A stretch of 56,999 bases of DNA, counting the filler, from Dimargaris cristalligena (lineage: Eukaryota), in assembly GCA_003614675.1 (NCBI GenBank). It is 2 parts of 2 records of this genome, joined end to end, with 100 filler letters (N's around TTAATTAATTAA, not from the genome) between each part and the next. Parts side by side here need not be neighbours in the genome. Positions count along the whole stretch, not along the records: positions 28,689 to 56,999 come from ML002501.1; 1 more part is not named here. One strand, written 5' to 3'. The notes below the pieces were generated by a model. It worked only from the letters and a program-made list of their open reading frames with translations. It did no database searches and was not told the DNA's origin. The position numbers were made by a program, and so were the translations under genes. Positions 52,854-56,999 of the stretch are shown piece by piece. Each line of letters begins with the position of its first letter. The stretch's first letter is position 1.

Positions 52854-53675
52854 GTATGGCACCGGGGTTATAGCTGCTCAAGGAAAGGGCGTAAAGCGAT
52901 AGAGACTTGGTATGGTGAATAGGAGAAACGGTTTGTGAAATTACGTAGACATGCACAACATGAAGAAGACAAACGGCTTTCTTATTTAATATTGATTACT
53001 ATTGTTTAAAAAAATGTAATATTCTCGAATGGGCAGGGAAGAAGCTCTGCTCCAATATAAAATATCGAGAGGGGCACCACTGTTTGTGGGAAATCATTGG
53101 CTAGGCAAATTTAATTTTACCTTGGCCCTATAATTCAAGTCACTCGGGGGACAGCTCGTGCGAGCATGTTGTTCCTTGGTTGAGGATTTCACGAAGGCTA
53201 AAGGCAAAAGCCGCCTCGCCCGAAAATCGGGGAATCCGGGTCTTGCGAGGCCCTCCCTTTTCCCTTGGCGTTACTACCGTTCCTACATCTAAAGATATAG
53301 GTCTCTGGTTATTCCTGCCCCCATAGTCATAGGCATGTTCGTATAACTCAGACCTACCAGCGACAAAGGCACGCAGGGCAACCGACTATCAGTATAGCTA
53401 ATTATGAAGTAAGCCGATATCTATAGAGCCACTCTAAGTTAGTCCAGGATTATGACAATATACCACTATCGGCACGGTTGAGTAGGCAGCTTGTTCAGGT
53501 ACTTTGCCAGTCTAACGAGTTATAATTTCCCGTTCGAGTACTAGGGTTTTATTAATTGGATAGTACCTCGTGGCCAGGTAATAAAAAACGACCAAATCTG
53601 ACACAAATAGCGGAGCGATACCTCCTTTACCTATCAGACTTGTTAATGGAATCAACAGGACATGGCTGATGGGAA

Positions 53676-54723
53676 TCATTCATCATCTTCCCGCGGTCGC
53701 TTAATACTTGTGGAAGTTGCCTCCGAGGACTCCTCGGCCTGAAGATCGGCCGTTTCGGAAGGCTAGTTCAAGTAAGACGAAGTGTATTTTATTTATAGAG
53801 GTTAGGATCCCGTTTGTAGATAACATGTTGGGTCGAGACGAATAAATCACTATGCTAGTTATTTGAAGTCCAAAGTACAATTCCGTAAAAATATACAAAC
53901 AATAAATTACCTCGGCGGATTGCTTCATGGCTGCAATCTGTTGGGCAATGGAAGAGAGTTCCTCGCGCAGTTCGCGAAGTTCAGCCCGCTTGGCTTCAAT
54001 CACTGAGTGTTATTAGAAACAGGTTACAAAGATTGTATATAGAGCTTGATGGTTACGATAGGAAGGGGGTCTGTATAGATTCTGGGCTCATTACAGATTT
54101 CATCAGAATATGGGTAAGCCAAGGCTAGGGTAGGTCAGAGTGATTATAGTAGTAAGGGTTTTTGGTCCATAGGGAGCAATGGTTGGTAAACTACGAGAAA
54201 CTTACAGGCTAGCGGCTAAATAAGATGACAGAAAGGAGTCGATGGATTCAGGAAATCGGGGTAAGTTAGAGGCAAAAAGTCTCGGTATTAAGTTAGTAAA
54301 GCTAGTGAGTATACCACAGCCTATGCCATGGGTGAAGTGGGTAGCGATTGTGGCGGCGGAATAGGCCCCCTTAAATTGATCGTAAAATCTGGTATTCGTC
54401 TTACATCGTCCGGTTTGGGGAGCTCGATACTTGCCCATTCCTCTTCGGGTAATTCATATCTAGGAACAATGGGCATTGATTTAATAGAAAATAGGTTAAT
54501 AAAAATTGGACGAATCATTGTTGTTGTTTTTTTGAAAAATATGACTATACTGTCCAATATATGAATAAAATACAGGACCATTGATTAGGAGTTGAAAGAC
54601 GACAATATCCACTTACTGGTCTTTGTTCTCCTGGAGCTTTCGCCTGATTTCCTCGCGCGTTAATTTGGCTAATAACATAGGGTATACCAATTGAGACTCG
54701 GGGTTAGGTAGTTCTAAAACACA

Positions 54724-54764
<41 letters not shown>

Positions 54765-55397
54765 GATTATACGCCATTAACATGGTCGAACCGAATTATA
54801 CGTTGGACCATGGGACACTTACCACCTGTGTTAACAATGCAATTGTTTTTGCGTTTGATATCCGCACCCTGTTTTTTCGAATTCAGTTCACCAATGACAA
54901 AAGGATCAATGTGAAGGCCCGCAAACTCTAACGTTGTTGAATCCACAGACATATTTCATATAGGAGTGATTGAGAGCCATGCCACCCGAATCGATGAATA
55001 CCGGTTAGTACAATGTTATTTACAGGTTACTGGCGGCCATATAGCCTCTTACACCCGCAGTACCGCCCATTGGCAGTGGGTAGAAAACCACCCCAGCATA
55101 CTGCATTTAGACGACAAACTTACCGGCTGTACTTTGCTGACCCAGCATACGCTGGGCCTGGAGGTTCATTTGGGCGATAGTTTTACCAATGAGGCATTGC
55201 GAGTCAATGATTTTAGCCCAGTTACCGATGCCGAATCGCATAAGGGCTTTGCGAAGAATCTGGACTTCTTCTAGGGTCCACCCGGGGGACAGAGTACAAT
55301 TCCACAGACTGGCTGAGTCGTTGGAACGCAGGACGTTCCGCTGCCCCACGGGCATACTACGGGGTTTGAGAGCATCGGCAGATACAACGGTAGTCAT
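53676..55397 (-). CDS. p1 (Myb/HTH-like DNA-binding) subunit of the MTA1c/AMT1 ApT N6-adenine DNA methyltransferase complex, ~224 aa; exons 55397-55124, 54927-54823, 54668-54617, 54459-54405, 54215-54206, 54002-53911, 53762-53676
   Basis: Spliced product SLWNCTLSPGWTLEEVQILRKALMRFGIGNWAKIIDSQCLIGKTIAQMNLQAQRMLGQQSTAEFAGLHID..NSKKQGADIKRKNNCIVNTGAKLTREEIRRKLQENKDQYEL..IELPKP matches my recollection of ciliate p1 motif by motif (SLWNYTLSPGW..FGIG.W..CL.GK..Q.QRLLGQQS..F.GL.ID..RKNNCIINTG). Six GT-AG introns preserve frame. Confidence 0.85.
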
Positions 55398-56633
55398 GGG
55401 AGCGGGGGTAATTGCGTGGTAGGGGGTTGTGGGTTTTCGACTGTGGGGAGTAGGTGGGTAAGAATGCGCCGATGTGGAGTAAGAGCGATGTTTACATAAG
55501 TAAGGGTAGAGCGAGTTCAATAAATATAGCCAAGGCCGGGGGGTTACAAAGGCCACGCTGGATTTGCCGCAGAGAACTAAGGGAGAGGAAGATTAGTGGA
55601 ATGCAGGTGGTAGAAGGAATTGACTTGCGCATCTCGCATATAAACAAGTTGCCTAAATAAATAAACACCGTCAGGCTGTGGATATGGATATGGGACAATT
55701 TCGGGGGATTAAGTGAAGATGGTATGCAATTTTGATAAATGGGAATAGATTCCCGTTCTCAGACCGGAACTCCCCACTTCTCGGCTAATTGTTGCCAATC
55801 TTGACTTCTTTATTTTCGCATATCAACTGGTAGCCCTCTCCACCCGCTTGTTTAGTACACTTGCGTTGTACCTAAATTGTACGCTAACTATATTATCCAA
55901 TACCATACGTAGCTGCTCTAGTCGACGATAAACTGCAGGCCTTGTATTAAATCCTATATTGCGTCTTGACCTCCCCCCCCCCGCCCAACTGATAACCCGC
56001 CCTTAATTATGAGTTAGCCTCGCTTGGGGGTAAAATGCCCTGGACGACACTCGCACTACCAAAAACCATCGACTCACCTACACCAGAGAGTAAGGCCTAC
56101 ATTCACTATTATAGTAATTATATGTGTATAATTGCGTAATTAGGCCAAAATGCAGTGAATAGCGGATCCGAAAATCAACGTCAAGACTATGACAGGACAT
56201 TAACAGTTAGTTAGCTTTGTTCCTTTGACCTCAATTTCAACTAGTCCAGGGAAAGAGGCGTCGGCTGATAGTCCAGATAAATTGTTAGCTAGCCTCTATT
56301 GACAGCGGAGAGGAGCCGCCCACCCACCCACAGCAGCGAACCAACCAACCATACTATAATTATATCTCTCAACTTATCTAAACGAGGTGCGTGGACTGGT
56401 TCCCCCTCGCCCTACATTCCTTTCTTTATTTTTATTTTGAGTTTTTAAAACTGTCAATTTTCTCTTGGCCCACTGCTCTTCGCAAATTCAATACAAGGCC
56501 GCGAATGGCTTCTACCCACCGAACTCCTCATTCATTCTCTCCACAGCCGTAACCCCCCTCTCCCAAATACTGGAATTCTTCCTCATCTCAAGCGGTCTGC
56601 ATTCCCCTTTCCTAAGCAATTCCGCTGCCCGTC

Positions 56634-56944
56634 ATGGAGAACATTGCCGAGGCCAGAGCCCGCTCGCAGGCCAAACTTATCACCACCTTTGAGAGCATTT
56701 TCCAGCGGTACAGCCAAGTCCCCGACGACGAATGCGACGAAATCGACCTAGCCGGGGAACAAATCGTAGTGGACCGGGGGGTATGGCATCGTCTACTGGA
56801 GGAAGAGAAGCAGACCTGCCGCCGACGCCGGCGTGACAAACACCCACAACAGCAACACCAACTAAAGCGGCAGCAGCCCTCACCATCACTCCCACCGAAT
56901 GAAACCGATCCCGACGGTTCCGAATCCCCGACTAGAGATAGTAT

Positions 56945-56999
<55 letters not shown>
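56634..56999 (+). CDS. SCM3: Scm3/HJURP-like CENP-A (CenH3) chaperone, 5' part, runs off the window end (not in ORF track)
   Basis: MENIAEARARSQAKLITTFESIFQRYSQVPDDECDEIDLAGEQIVVDRGVWHRL fits the Scm3 CENP-A-binding pattern (R..S..KL...FE.I..KY....DEIDL....IVVD.G). The frame is open to 56999. Confidence 0.8.
56946..56999 (+). repeat. (AGT)n microsatellite (poly-Ser in the Scm3 frame) at the window end
   Basis: Direct read. Confidence 0.95.

Noticed and set aside
56946-56999. Telomere at the window end
   Set aside because: The unit is AGT, the same microsatellite seen internally at 2168, and it lies in an open reading frame; it is not a TTAGGG-type repeat.

Overview
Eukaryotic, intron-containing fungal genomic DNA with GT-AG introns, CTRAC-type branch points and many microsatellites. 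Gene content, including a p1 subunit of the ApT 6mA methyltransferase complex, suggests an early-diverging fungus; Zoopagomycota/Mucoromycota is my inference and the species cannot be fixed from the sequence. An artificial 100-bp linker (44 N + TTAATTAATTAA + 44 N, 28589-28688) splits the window into two pieces that may not be adjacent in the genome. Genes reconstructed by hand from splice sites: KDM5/JARID1 H3K4 demethylase (3 exons, ~2436 aa), a Stf2/HABP4-like protein, GOS1 SNARE, cystinosin, YPT6/RAB6, a flavin-reductase-like protein, acyl-protein thioesterase, a catalytically dead trypsin-like protein, ATG22, a hydrophilin/CsbD-like protein, three small orphan zinc-finger genes, the MTA1c p1 gene (7 exons including a 10-nt microexon), and the start of an Scm3/HJURP-like CENP-A chaperone missing from the ORF track. 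Highlights: (1) 6mA-complex p1 head-to-head with Scm3; (2) an unannotated 53-aa secreted peptide precursor; (3) a 1.3-kb CpG-free block whose paralogous copy 27 kb away retains CpGs, the footprint expected from 5mC deamination; (4) a perfect 58-bp inverted repeat with Helitron-like terminal hairpins; (5) a probably membrane-anchored trypsin pseudoenzyme. All family assignments come from motif recognition, not database searches.
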